From positions 62,001 through 126,000 of the forward strand of contig CM007990.1 in NCBI GenBank assembly GCA_002189035.1: a stretch of 64,000 nt of DNA. Direction: 5' to 3'. The stretch is from Utricularia gibba. Taxonomy: Eukaryota; Plantae; Magnoliophyta. The position numbers and the translations under genes are program-made. The notes under the pieces are model-generated. The model did no database searches and was not told the DNA's origin. It saw nothing but the letters and a program-made list of their open reading frames with translations. Every line of letters begins with the position of its first letter. Positions within the stretch are counted from its first letter, which is position 1. Positions 24,497 through 36,964 of this stretch are shown piece by piece.

Positions 24497-26953
24497 TTAC
24501 CTGCAAGCAGCAGCTGTAGCCAGATGTGATGCAGTTTGCCTGAGGGCTAGTTTCATGTATAAGCCCTGCAAAACATTGCGAGCCACAGCTTAAAAATGCT
24601 GAAAGCATTCCCAGCATCAAGAGTTCAGAACATATCGATAATGAAGCGAAACCAAACAAAAGCAAATAATGGAGGTGGAATGTGAGTGGAAAGACTGAAA
24701 ATTACGTTGGTTGTGTGTATTGTTGCTCCGGTGGTCATGCCAATATTTTGATCGGGGACAAGTTCGAAATGGAGGTGCTGCAGCAGCACCGCGAGGGATA
24801 CAATAGCTTCAAGTAATGCAAACTGATCACCCACGCACTTACGTGGCCCTCCACTGAAAGGGATGAACCTGCATATATAGGATGGGATCACCTGCGAAGG
24901 CTACGTAAGATAAAACACTGCCATTGAAATGGGAACCTACTTGAAGTCCGTGTTCGTTTCATTAGGAATGGGCGCGTCTAAATCAAATCTGTGGGGTATG
25001 AAATCTTCAGCTTGTTCCCATACCTTGAGAGAAATAGCCCAAATGGTGATTGCCCCATTGCTATGAGCTACAATGGACACCAACTCATGCAAAACAGGGA
25101 AATACCTGTGAAGAGTGATGAATGTTGTATACTGAGATCATGACATCTTGCCCAGCATTGATCTTATAGTTCCCTGGGAGAACATCAGCTACTTGAGCTC
25201 GTCTCAAAAGAACCTATACCAATGCATAAAGGATCGACTGGTGGATGAGTGGCTTTTGTAACAGCCCATTTTACTGATGACTTACAGGCGGATGAGGGTA
25301 AAGACGCATCGACTCCATTATACAGATTGTCAAGAACTTGAGATTCTTTGTGTCTTCGTATGTGGGAAGTCTGCCATGTAAAACTCTGTCAACTTCTTCT
25401 TGTGCCTTTCTCAATGAGGAAGGGTCCTGAGGAAAAGAATCTCCAATGACGCACTTCAAGTGAACATAAAAAAGAATGCAATGTTTTCCAAATGAAATTT
25501 TTCAATTTTAGCGTGCCTTCATTTTTTATCATAATACCTTTTACTTTACCTTGCTAAGCAAATAACATGTCCAGGTTAACACTGATCCAGTAGTTTCATG
25601 ACCAGCTACCAACATTGATAAAAGGTCATTCCTCAACTGTGCACTTGAAACCTGAAAGAACGAAATTAGCCCATCAAGGTAAAGCAAATGCAGTAACCAC
25701 AGACACCCGTAGTTGGGAATCCAAAAACCTAAATATGCATTTATTTTCTTGGTATAACGAGCTGTATGGTAGTTCTACGTCGCCAAAGCTGTCCTTGGTT
25801 TTTTAAACACTTCGACGCCATACCTCTTCTCTGCTAGCAAGCAGGAACCTGAGAATACTTGGGTCTGTTTCATTTACGTACTCCTCTTCACCTATCTGCT
25901 CCTCCTCACTTTCCACTATTTCTTTGCACTTCGCCACCAGCTCTTCTACAGTTTCCCTTATTAAAGTCACAGCCTTGTCGGCCTTAATTTGCCTAGGCAG
26001 TACTTTACGAAGAGCACTAATCTGAAGAACATCAAGCAGAAAAACCAAGCCATAACTCTCCAGCTGCAACTAAACTACACATTTACGCATTTAAAGGCTC
26101 AAGCAATGACCTGCCTTCCATAATGGCAGTAAATCTGTAGATCGTAATTCAGCCTCTTTCAAGGCAGTGTAAACTGCGTCAATAACCGGGCTGTTAGACG
26201 TAAGAGAATCAAAATTGTAGTTGAACAAAGCCAGACCAATAACATCAAGCGTAAGCTGAGAAAATTTTTCCTCCATGTTCACAGAAGAGCCATTAATGGC
26301 AGAGCTCTTCAGTTTCTCTACTAATTGTTCAGCGCATTTGCAAAAGACCCTTTCAACAATTACCGAGAGAAACTTTTTGTGAAGCGAAGGAACTACAGCC
26401 CGGCGCCTCGCCTGCAAAAACAGCGATTTCAACCATAGAGCAGAAAAAAAGATACCCAAAAAAGAACTGCAAGTACCATCCACAGAGAGCCCTCAGCAAT
26501 GGCGAAACCAGAGCCAAACAAGAATTCGGAAACCTCAGATACCAGCCCCTTGGCATACTTGGTGCCATAGTTCCTCAACACATGTTTAGCAATGGATGGG
26601 TCGCTAACGATTACGAAATTCCGGAGCCCAGCAGGGAGACGGTAAATGGGGCCGTACTCGTTCATCCATTTGAACAGGGGCAGAAAGAGAGCACCCCCAA
26701 GAAGGGAAGACACATCCTCCAACTTGGGTATAGCGATAGGAATGATGGATTCATCACTGGAGCCGAATGAGGTGAACAAGTTTGGGCTAACCCTGGAGGA
26801 GGTAGGTTTGGTCGGCGGAGGATTCTGATCATTGGAAGAGTTCTTCACGGCAAATGCAGGTGGAACAGAGTAGCGGATCCCATAGTGCCGGTGAAGGCTT
26901 TGGAAGCGGTCAAAACACGGCGCGGAGGTGAGGATAGACAGTGAACACGACAT
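24497..26953 (-). CDS. CYP97C1: Carotenoid epsilon-ring hydroxylase, cytochrome P450 CYP97C, 9 exons
   Basis: [48 protein letters not shown]-helix [11 protein letters not shown], ExxR (ESMR) and heme motif [13 protein letters not shown]. The first true ATG is at 26953; the track ORF starts on a GTG. Confidence 0.94.
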
Positions 26954-27418
26954 CGGCACAAGATTGGGTTGCCGTCACCCAACGGCTCGCTAATCGCCAC
27001 CGAAGTGTTGATGCTAAAGTAGGCAGTTTTCCTCTTTTTCCCTTTTTTTTTTTTCTCTCTTTCGTTTTTCTTTTATGTAAATAAAAACACGGGCCCTCAT
27101 TCCAGTTTTTAACCTTCAATTGCTCGGCCCATAATAATCTTTCAGTCATGTCCGGCCTGTTTTCCACATTTGAGCCGATTGAAGATTGGTGTGACCCACG
27201 AAAACTTTTAGTGGAGGCCCAGAATGGGTTAACGGAATGCTTCTCCACCACCGAGTTGCGTGCGAGTCGTTTATTACGCGCTTGCTTGGCAAATACCGAT
27301 CACCTTCCGAAATCCACCGGGATTTGGTTCTTGAAGGTCACGGGCGATCGAAATTTCGGAGCACCGTGTTTTTCTTGATTCGAGAGATAAATCGGAGTTT
27401 TAGGGCATTGCTCCAGAC

Positions 27419-29147
27419 ATGTTTAAAAATTTCTGGCAAGTACTCCTCTACTCTCGCTGTATCTCATTCTTATGGTTCTTTTTTTTTTTTTTATTGAGAG
27501 TAGTGCTTAGAGATGCTTGAACGTGAGTCATTGAGAAATTGGATTTTTTATGATTGGCGCCAAACTAGTCTATCGATCGGCTATGTAAATCACATCAATT
27601 ATGCTTCTTTTTGGTATGTTGTGTGCCTGATTCGAATTCTGATTAGCTGTCTGAACTTCATATTATTGCATATCCTTTTTTTTTTTTTTGCCTGGATGAG
27701 TCAAGCCAGTTTTTAACTTCCACACGAAAACATCTTCCCGTAATGTGAATAAAGATTCTTCGCTCTCCAGGACACCTCAGGAGCAGCAAACTCAGCCCCG
27801 TCCACAAATGGTTACTGAATCATGGTATTCATCTTCCAGTGCAAGCTCTCCCAGTCCCTCGCATCCAACCACACCTAGTGGGAGTACATCCAGCAGCTTT
27901 AGAAGATCAATACATCCCGACCAAGCTAATACTTTTTCAAACGTTTCACCTGCAGAGGCAGCAGGAATCATTGCCATCTTGAAAGATAAAAGGTGGCTCA
28001 CTCTTTTAATTTTTTTTAATATCCCCGCATAAAATTTCAGCAGCGCTAGCAGAACTACTGAATTCCAATAGTGGTAGAAGTTGTGTCAAAACGGATGTTT
28101 TGCCTTCTATACATGTTATCATTCTTGTGTATTCTTATAGTGTGGATGAGCTACGGAAGCTTCTGTCCGACAGAGATGCTTGTCGGAACCTTGTACATTC
28201 ACTAGAGCACGTCAAGATGCAAAGCAAGGTATCACCACTGCTCCTTTTTATTAGCTTTCTCTGGGGAATCATACCATTATTCCTGAGTATGGAATTCCCA
28301 ATGAGCAGGTCCGGGATGATCTTAGACACCAGACACTTCAGCTTGCCAGTAAGCTTTTTCATACATGCACACACACACTCACGCATGCACGCACTCAATT
28401 TATTTTACAAAGTAACCAGAGGCAACTGATATATGTAACCACAGGGGATAATCTGGAAAAAGAACCACGTATAATGGAGCTGAGGAATCAGGTAATTCAT
28501 TATTCTGTGCTTGAAATAACATTTATTTTCATTATGATTGAACTGTAATGCCACTCCTTATGTTACTGCAGTGCAGGATAATACGAACCACAGAACTAGC
28601 TACTGCTCAAGAAAAGCTTCTTGATTTCGAGAGGAACAAAGATGAGATTTTGAAGTATTGCTCACCGTCGTCTCTTCTTCATAGACTTGAAGGTAATCTT
28701 TTCCTCACACAAAGCTGTGCAACCGATTTTGCTTGCCTTTCTTGGCCTTTTTACTTTTATGTAATTTCTCTAGCATTCCCTGCCAAGTTCCTACAACTAT
28801 ATGCATTCTTGTCCATCCAATTTAGATTAATTTTGCGGAAGTAGTATTTGAAATGTTTGATAGGAGTTATAGATGTTCTAGGTTTTACTTTCTTGGTTGT
28901 TTTGTGTGGAATTATTACACTAGCTTATAGCCTTTCCACAGCAACAGAGTATCGCTGATTAAGTTGACCCAAAATTATTTCAGATGGAATGAGTAAAACA
29001 GATGAGGAATCTGAAGCTCTTCACGCACAGCTTCTCAACAGAGAGATAGATCTTCCGACCTTTGTGCAAAAATATAAGAAGATGCGACATGCCTATCACA
29101 AGCAATACCTTACCCATGTTGCTGCCAAGACATCTGTACCCACCTGA
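27419..29147 (+). CDS. VPS37: ESCRT-I subunit VPS37 homolog, 6 exons; first intron is GC-AG
   Basis: MFKNFW/TPQEQQ..., VSPAEAAGIIAILKDK/SVDELRKLLSD, RDNLEKEPRIMELRNQ/CRIIRTTELATAQEKL, and a Mod(r)-like end FVQKYKKMRHAYH...AAKTS. Confidence 0.92.
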
Positions 29148-29621
29148 GGTCCTTCTCTTTGTCATACTCGAGATGATTTTTCTGCTTTTGTAAAGGGGTT
29201 ATCCTTTTAAATAGGAAGATGATCATCTATGCTCATAGGGTTCCGGGTATTCTTCAGCTTGTTTGAACCATTCGCGGTGTTGTTCGGACCAACCAGCAAA
29301 CAACCCCTTTGTAAAAGCACCTCATTTTAATACTATCCGAAATAACGCATCACTCAGTAGCTTGTACCTGTATCCGAGAGAGCGTCTCCTACAAAAATGG
29401 CTGCCTTTACATAATTATTGCTGTGTCTGGATTCAGAGATTGCTGCTAGCCTGCTAGTGTAGGAATTCTCCTAGCATTTAGTAGCTTCAAATCCCTGATA
29501 TACAACAAGCACTGCTATTGTTTCGGAAATAAATCAAACATTCTACAGATGAGATACTGTTGGTATGTCAGTTGTTACCAAAAACGTGAAATCTTGATGA
29601 AAAGCAAACCCGAGCTACAAA

Positions 29622-32600
29622 TCATCTCCATTTATCCTGGAGCTCCTTCCTTTCGGACCAGATCCAAGTAACAAAAATTCCCACCACGAGGGCCACAATC
29701 GTGACCAGAAGCAAAGCATAGTTGAATTCTTCTGTAAGTGAATCATATGTTTTTGAAGGTGCAAGCCTGGCAAAAAAGAGATCAATGCCGAACGCAAAGA
29801 CGAGTGTGGTGGACTCCAATTTAGCAGGGAAAGTGGCTATGTCTCTGAGGCCTTCCACCTTGACGGCATGAGTCACATAAGACTGCAACAAGAGAAACAA
29901 CAGCTCATAACAAATTCCCAACTCGAGACAGCAACTTTCCTCATGGCACACAAAGATGATTCTCATAATGCTAGAACACACGTTATTGCATTAGATTCAA
30001 TTAACAAAAGAGAATAATATTGTTACCTGCGGAATAATTGGTAAAAAATCCGTAAGTGGAATAATACCCTCCTCTTTCTCGGCCTGCGTGGGGTTGATTG
30101 TCCTCCGGGGATCGAAAAATCGCTTGTCAAGTGCTAAAACCTGTTATGAAAAATACACGGAATTAAACAAGCAAAGAGAAAAGAGATATGATAGCTTCTC
30201 AACATGAGGTGGGGGGGGGGGGGGAGGGAGGTTGTAGTTCCATGGCTGACCTGATCACCAATTGTGCCAACCAGAACTTGCCTAGAGGTTATGCCTTTAT
30301 TTGTTTGCGTCACCACCATTGCTTTGACAGAATGTGTGAAGAAGTATGACTGAGACTTCATGAACAATTCAAGACGGGAGTATGCTGTGACTGGAGAAGT
30401 GAGATTATGTGCCCCCAGGACAAGCTTCAACACGTCTTTGGTTTCCTGCATACGGATGAGATTTTCATATCAGACCATATTCAAGTTAGTATCTGTGCAT
30501 AGACACTTTGCAAAGAAAGTACCGCACGAGCTTGGTCATAGATTTCAATAACTGCCATCTCATAACGATGAGCTTTTAGGTTGAAGAAGTGATAGACAAC
30601 CCAATTCTCGCTAAAGATCTTCAAAGAAAGAACAAAAATAAGTTGGCATCACCTTAATTTCAACCATTAAATTTTAACCAGGATGCAGCTTTTGATTCAC
30701 TCCAAGAAGACAAAAAAAAAAAAAAAAAAAAAAACCTACAGCATGCACAGGGCCTTGCGATCCATGGTGAGTGACTCTGTGCAGTATGCGACCGGAAACA
30801 GTCTCAATCACATAAACAACCAGCAATGATGCATCTGGAGTAACAGAACCGATAGGCCCCTCAGCTTTCGGTGTAACAGTAGCCAAAAAGAGCAGATTTT
30901 TTGATATATGTTTGTACAACACATTGTGTTCTGAAGTAACCTTAGCTTGAGTATGAACTACCTGAGAAAACAGAAAGCAAACAGAATGAGCGTGGAGACA
31001 AACGAAATGATTGGAAGGCTAACTTACAAAAAAGATGAAAAGGAGAAAGAACCTCATCAGGGTTCCTGGTTGCTGTGGCAATGATCTTTTCTGTGTCTGG
31101 TGGCAAAACAATCGTCCATAGATTTCTTGCGTCAAAAATAAAATTATCTGGCGCCTCAACAAAAGTTTTTTTCAATCCATGCCCCTTAGGATACCCTCAT
31201 CTCTGTTAATAGAATACCAATATATGCTTCCCGATTCCTGCTTAAGAATCCTGAGAGCCTCAACTGTTCTGGGATACAAGTGAGCTTGCTGGTTACCATC
31301 CAAAAGTAAATGCAGACGCTGTTCCAAAGAATCAGTAAAAGGAAGTGGAATAACTCGTGTAATGGAATGAACAGGCCCAATATGATCGAGCTCCTTTCCT
31401 TTGTATGCATCTACAATAGAAAGTACACCAGCAGAATCTAAACCATCCCCACATCTTCCAACAACAAGTATTGATGGATTCTCATCCAAAGCATGATGAT
31501 GTGGATCCTGCCACTGATGCAAACCAAAAAATCTAGGAACTTCGCATGTTTTGGATCTCCATTGAGAATTAAGCAATAATGACCACACGATTCTTCCATC
31601 TCCAGTATGCAGAGCAAAAAGCTTTCCTGCCCGAGTAAGTACTATGAGGAGCTTCCTGAATCCATTGCGGTCACGAGTCATCTTAGTTTTCTCAGAGCTG
31701 CTCACCCTCATTTTATGAATTGCTGCCAAATCATCAGGTGTTGCTACCATTAGACTTCTTTTGACTTTCAGTATATGGCCCTTTCCAAAAGAAAAGAAAA
31801 AGAATCAAACACCACTGCATCGATATCAATCGACATTGAGATACAGAAGCATAAAGATCAATTTCTCAAGCTAAAACACAGAAGGTTTTCACTGCAGCAT
31901 ATTGTGCCAACTGGCTGCTGTAAATAATAAATGCAGAAATTCATGATGTAAATACGTAAACGAATGCACAAAATTCATTTTCAGACACACTGAAAATGAA
32001 TTCATGAACAAGTAATTAACATATTTCCGGAGCCCCTTGAAACTTTATTTGCTGCACATTCTGGAGGACAGTATCTAGGCCCTTTTAGGATGGCTGCTAC
32101 TATCATGAAGAAAAAATCACGGTAGCATTCAGGTGAAAACAGTAACATACAGATCAAAATCAATGATTGCAAGCTAGCTTGGTCAGATGAGTAAATACCT
32201 TCACTCGTTCGAGGATACCATGGTCCACTTTGGCCAATGCAACACCATCCTTTTCAATTGGCAACTCTGATGCTTTTACATCTATGATTGAAGCGAGACC
32301 ATCTTCCCTACTCCAAACAATTTCACCTTGTTGTAACAATAATAAGGAGTGATCTTCCATGACAATAAGAACCCTGAAACCGTTTGACCTGTCCGTTCTC
32401 ACATAACTATTAATGAAAACTTTCGCAACTTGCCCCTTTGATGATCCATTTGAATTTTATCCACCAACAAATTGGATGACCAGTCATTATTAGACTTCAC
32501 AGTCAAGTGAATTTTATTATCCGCTTGATGTACCATGGCACAAGCATTTTCTCCTTCAGAAAGAGGAATAGAGTCACTGACAGCGCTTTCAAGACCACGC

Positions 32601-34086
32601 TTCTCCACAGCTTTCAACTCATGTTCATTTACAACCTTGAAAAAGGTGACAGACGTATCTGCCCTTAGAATAAACACCTCTGGAATCTTTGAGGGTAAAA
32701 TGGTCCCATATCCTGAAAAGTCTGAGATGAACTCAGCAATGGGAGTCGGGTGAAAAGAAATTTGGCCATTTTTCAGAGAAATGACAACCAAATTTGTGCC
32801 AGAAGAATCCACTGCTACAGCTGCGCCATTGGAGACTAATAACAAATCCCCAGAAAATCCCCAGGGAAAGATATCTTCTCATAACCCAAGACCCCACCAC
32901 TCTTGATATTCAGTTGATAGAGACCAACCCAGGATGAATTAATCAAACCAAGAGCATATAATGCATCACTACCATCTTCAGAAATAAGCTGATGCGCTTC
33001 AAACCTGAAATCATGAGAAAGAATTCAATAACTTTCAAAGATAAAAACTGTAAGATACTTAATTCACAATTATGAACAGACCCCTCTAGCGCTAAATCCT
33101 TTTTCCAGATGACTTCACCATCAGTACTTGCGACAGCATGAATATACCCATTCCCATAAACAAGCATCATGCTTTCCATGTCAACCTTCGAATTTTTCTG
33201 CATCACAGGACCAATATTTTTTACTTCCTGATAATGTTCACAAAAAAAAAGTACCGGCCAAAGAAAACATTTTAACGAATGTTTCATATGAAAGAAGAGC
33301 CTCAACAAATAAGAACAGTAAAATGCATTAAAACTGAAACCCATACGCTCGAAAACTATAAAATGGAAACCCGTGTGCTCGCACAATGCCCTTACTGGGA
33401 TTATCAGTAACGATCTTGAAGACCTTGAGCCTTGAAGTCTGGACTCCCACATCATCTGCCCGTCAGGGAGGCCCCAAGCTCTGATAATGCTTCCATGTGA
33501 TGACAAGGTAATAACATCTGCAAGAAGAGCACCAGAAACAATACGAGTTGACATTGATACAAAGATATCGCGAAAAACTCCAATAAGGTATTTATCATAT
33601 ATGACAGTGCGAAGATAACAAAAGATGAAGACATAGACGGTTACATTTTCCAAGAGCAATATCTAACTGATCGATGACGTCCTTGGGCCCCAAGACATGC
33701 CTCCAAACTGTACCGTGTTACAAAACATTGGACCAATCTCGATCAATCAAGGAGCAAAACTTCAGAACAGTGTAAGAGAGGAATAAAACTCACATATTTC
33801 TCCGTGGCGGAGATCAAGCGAGGCGACTACATTCTCCTCCGTCGAGACAATAACCCGTTTCCTCCCGGCTTTTTGGGTGTGAAAAATTGCGTTCTTCACC
33901 TTCCCAATATACTGCTGATGCCTCCATGTTTTGAAAAAAGAAGTCAGCACGAAATTGGTAAAACGTCAAGAAAGCATGGAATGGAACGTACCAGTCCGCG
34001 AGACCAGCTTGGTCTTCATAGAGAGAACAAGCCAGCCTTGAATTAGATATAATGAAGACAAGAAGCCAAATAGCCCTAATCGCCAT
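29622..34086 (-). CDS. EMC1: ER membrane protein complex subunit 1, multi-exon, with one apparent 1-nt deletion
   Basis: Signal peptide then LYEDQAGLADW, RDRNGFRKLLIVLTRAGKLFALHTGDGRIVWS, KLESTTLVFAFGIDLFF, and C-terminal TM NYALLLVTIVALV...ERKELQDKWR*. Frame break at GILRG (31182-31185). Confidence 0.93.
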
Positions 34087-34230
34087 CTTCAAGGCGACGG
34101 CGGGAGTACGCAAATCTGAGGTTCGGGCGATGCTTCTGGGCGGATCTCCAACAAAATAGTAGTAGCCAGTCGGGAAGGATGCAGTTAGTGGGCCGTGGTG
34201 GTGCTGCTGTGAAGGCCCAATAATCCGGTT

Positions 34231-34306
34231 AGGCCCATGTCACGTGAACCAAGTAAGTACTTGGAGGCCCATGTCACGTGAACCAAGTAAGTACTTGGAG
34301 GCCCAT
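34231..34306 (+). repeat. 34-bp tandem duplication (2.2 copies) in the EMC1/GT47 divergent promoter
   Basis: aggcccatgtcacgtgaaccaagtaagtacttgg at 34231-34264 and 34265-34298, plus partial aggcccat. Each unit carries GGCCCA, CACGTG and the inverted repeat CCAAGTA-AG-TACTTGG. Confidence 0.9.
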
Positions 34307-34915
34307 TCATTGCCGTGACTTAGGCGAGTCGGGTGGCGTTTACTAAAATAGTAAGCGCCCTGCGCCTCATGCCTCTTTTTCCTCACTGTCAAAGTGCCAA
34401 TGCACACTATATTCGCTTTAGCCAGGCGCACTCGAAAATATGTACCTAAAACCAACTCCCTTTTGCCTTATTCTTTACCCCCAGAGTTTGTGTTGATTCC
34501 ATTTATGACGACTCCAGCCCAGCCATAGCCATAGTCATTTATATGCTTCTAAACGCGGGTTAAAAATATAATAACGTGGTCAACATGTCATGTCAAAGGT
34601 TGAAGATGATGGTTTAAAAAATGTTGAAAGGCAGCTGTCTAAGGCAATTACATTTAAGTACAATTAATGGCCTAATGATACCCACTATTCCATCTTCTCA
34701 ATTCCACAATATCGATACGTACGTGTGTTGTGTGCATGCGGCACGGCACGGCAGCAGCGCCATCTCATAGGTCAAGCCCCCCCTCCTCCTTCCTCTTCAC
34801 TCGGGCTTGTGGGTTGTTACACACGCTGCACGCAACGCACATATCTTCTACGCAGAGGCGATTCTTTGAGTTACCCGAAAGCTAAATACAGGCAGACCAT
34901 AAATGGGAAAGATGG

Positions 34916-36612
34916 ATGGAACATAAAGCTATGCACGCTTCCAGGGATTCTGAGATGGAGAACGTGATCAACAAAGGAGTCTTTTCCAGTTCCAAAACGG
35001 TGAAGCTCTTGCTGCCGATGCTGCTTCTCTCAGTTCTGCTGCTCTCCAGATCATCATCTCGATGGATTCCCCTGGCGTCTCCCGGCACAAGGGCCACGCC
35101 TGAAGATGGGGCCGGGACAGACCCCCACCCGCTCCCTGCTTACAACGCCAGCCGCCCCTCTGCCGTTGAACTGGTGGTAAGAAAAAAGCACACTCTTTTC
35201 TGATACATGAAGAGACTGTCAGCATGTATCTGGTAATGAAATTACTTTACAACATTCCTCGCTTTTATTGCAGGAATCAACTACTCCAAGATTTCACCCT
35301 TTACATGTCGTTGAGGCCACCCTGCAGCATGCTCGTGCTTCCATAAAAAAGACCCAAAAGAACAACACGATCAAGGATCCCGACTACGAGCCCAAAGGCC
35401 CCATGTACCGGAATCCCTCTGCTTTCCACAGGTAGTTGAATTACCGTACGTATAGTATGATCGTCCTTGAAGTGCAATCTTTTAAGTTTCATTTGCTTGT
35501 GAACTATGGATTAGGAGTTATGTGGAGATGGAGAGGCACTTCAAGGTATTTGTATACGACGAAGGGGAGCATCCGATATTCCACGACGGCCCCTGCGGAG
35601 ACATATACTCCATAGAAGGGAACTTCATCAACAGACTGGAAACTTCTGGATTCCGAACGACGAAGCCGGAGAAGGCCAGTGTTTTCTTTCTTCCATTCAG
35701 CGTCACACAGATCGTGCACTTCATCTTCGACTCGAATTCGTCGGATTATTGGGGCCCTATGAAGCAAACGGTGAAGGATTACGTTGACACTGTCGCTCGG
35801 AAGTACCCCTACTGGAACCGGAGCCTGGGATCGGATCATTTCATGCTCTCCTGCCACGACTGGGTATGTATGTATGCCTGCCTTTTCCAATCTCCAATTT
35901 TGGATGGATTGGTGTGGATGACGATGATAAATTGGTTGAAACAGGGGCCGGAGCTTTCAAAATCATTACCGGAGCTGTTCAACAATTCGATCCGTGCATT
36001 GTGCAATGCCAACACAACGGAAGGATTTTCTCCATCGAAAGACGTTTCGATTCCGGAGATTAACCTCCCGGAGGCAGGGTGTTGGATTCAACCGGCGGAC
36101 CACCGCCGTCGAAAAGGTCGATTCTAGCCTTCTTCGCCGGCGGCGTACATGGACCAATCAGGCCGATTCTTCTAGAGAATTGGGAGAACAAGGATCAAGA
36201 GATTCAGGTTTACAAGTACCTCCCCAAAAACCTCTCTTACGCAGAAATGCTTAGGAAGAGCAAGTACTGCATTTGCCCTAGCGGTTACGAAGTGGCGAGC
36301 CCACGAATCGCGGAGGCGCTATACAGCGGCTGCGTTCCGGTGCTGATCAGCGATCACTACGTCCCCCCGTTCAACGACGTTCTAAACTGGAAGTCGTTTT
36401 CCGTGGAGGTTCCGGTGAGGGACATCCCAAACTTGAAGAAGATCCTGATGAATATCTCGCCGAGGCAGTACATCAAAATGCAGCGGCGGGGATCGGCGGT
36501 GCGACGCCACTTCGTAGTGAACTCGACCCCAAAGAGGTATGACGTTTTCCATATGATCCTGCACTCCATTTGGTTGCGGCGGCTGAATCTCCCTCCGGGA
36601 TTAAAACGATGA
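34916..36612 (+). CDS. Exostosin-family (GT47) glycosyltransferase, At5g03795-like, 4 exons, with one apparent 1-nt deletion
   Basis: N-terminal TM, GPMYRNPSAFHR/SYVEMERHFKVFVY.EGE.PIFH.GPC..IYSIEG, YWNRSLGSDHFMLSCHDW, SKYCICPSGYEVASPR, WLRRLN. Frame break near 36072-36075. Confidence 0.9.
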
Positions 36613-36964
36613 ATGGGCCGCGGCCCATCTCATCAGAAGCCCATATTTGAAAGATTTTTTTGGAAAACCAAATGGAGGGACACGTGTCAAGTTAAGCCTC
36701 GGCATTAATTACGTGTTTACAAGCTCACATGCCACATGTCGCAGCTCAGGCCTACTAATTGAATTTCTTAAACAATCTATTCCATTATTGACCCAATGAA
36801 GTCACAATAATGGGGGGATAGGCGCAACGTACACCTAAGGAGAAATCTGGAAAACCCAAAAGGAACAGTGGAAGTGAGCAGACTAACGATAATCCATGGA
36901 AAGTAACGTAAATTAAGAAGAAGAAGAAGAAGCGGTTTATGAACAGTAAAAAAAGAAAATTGTT

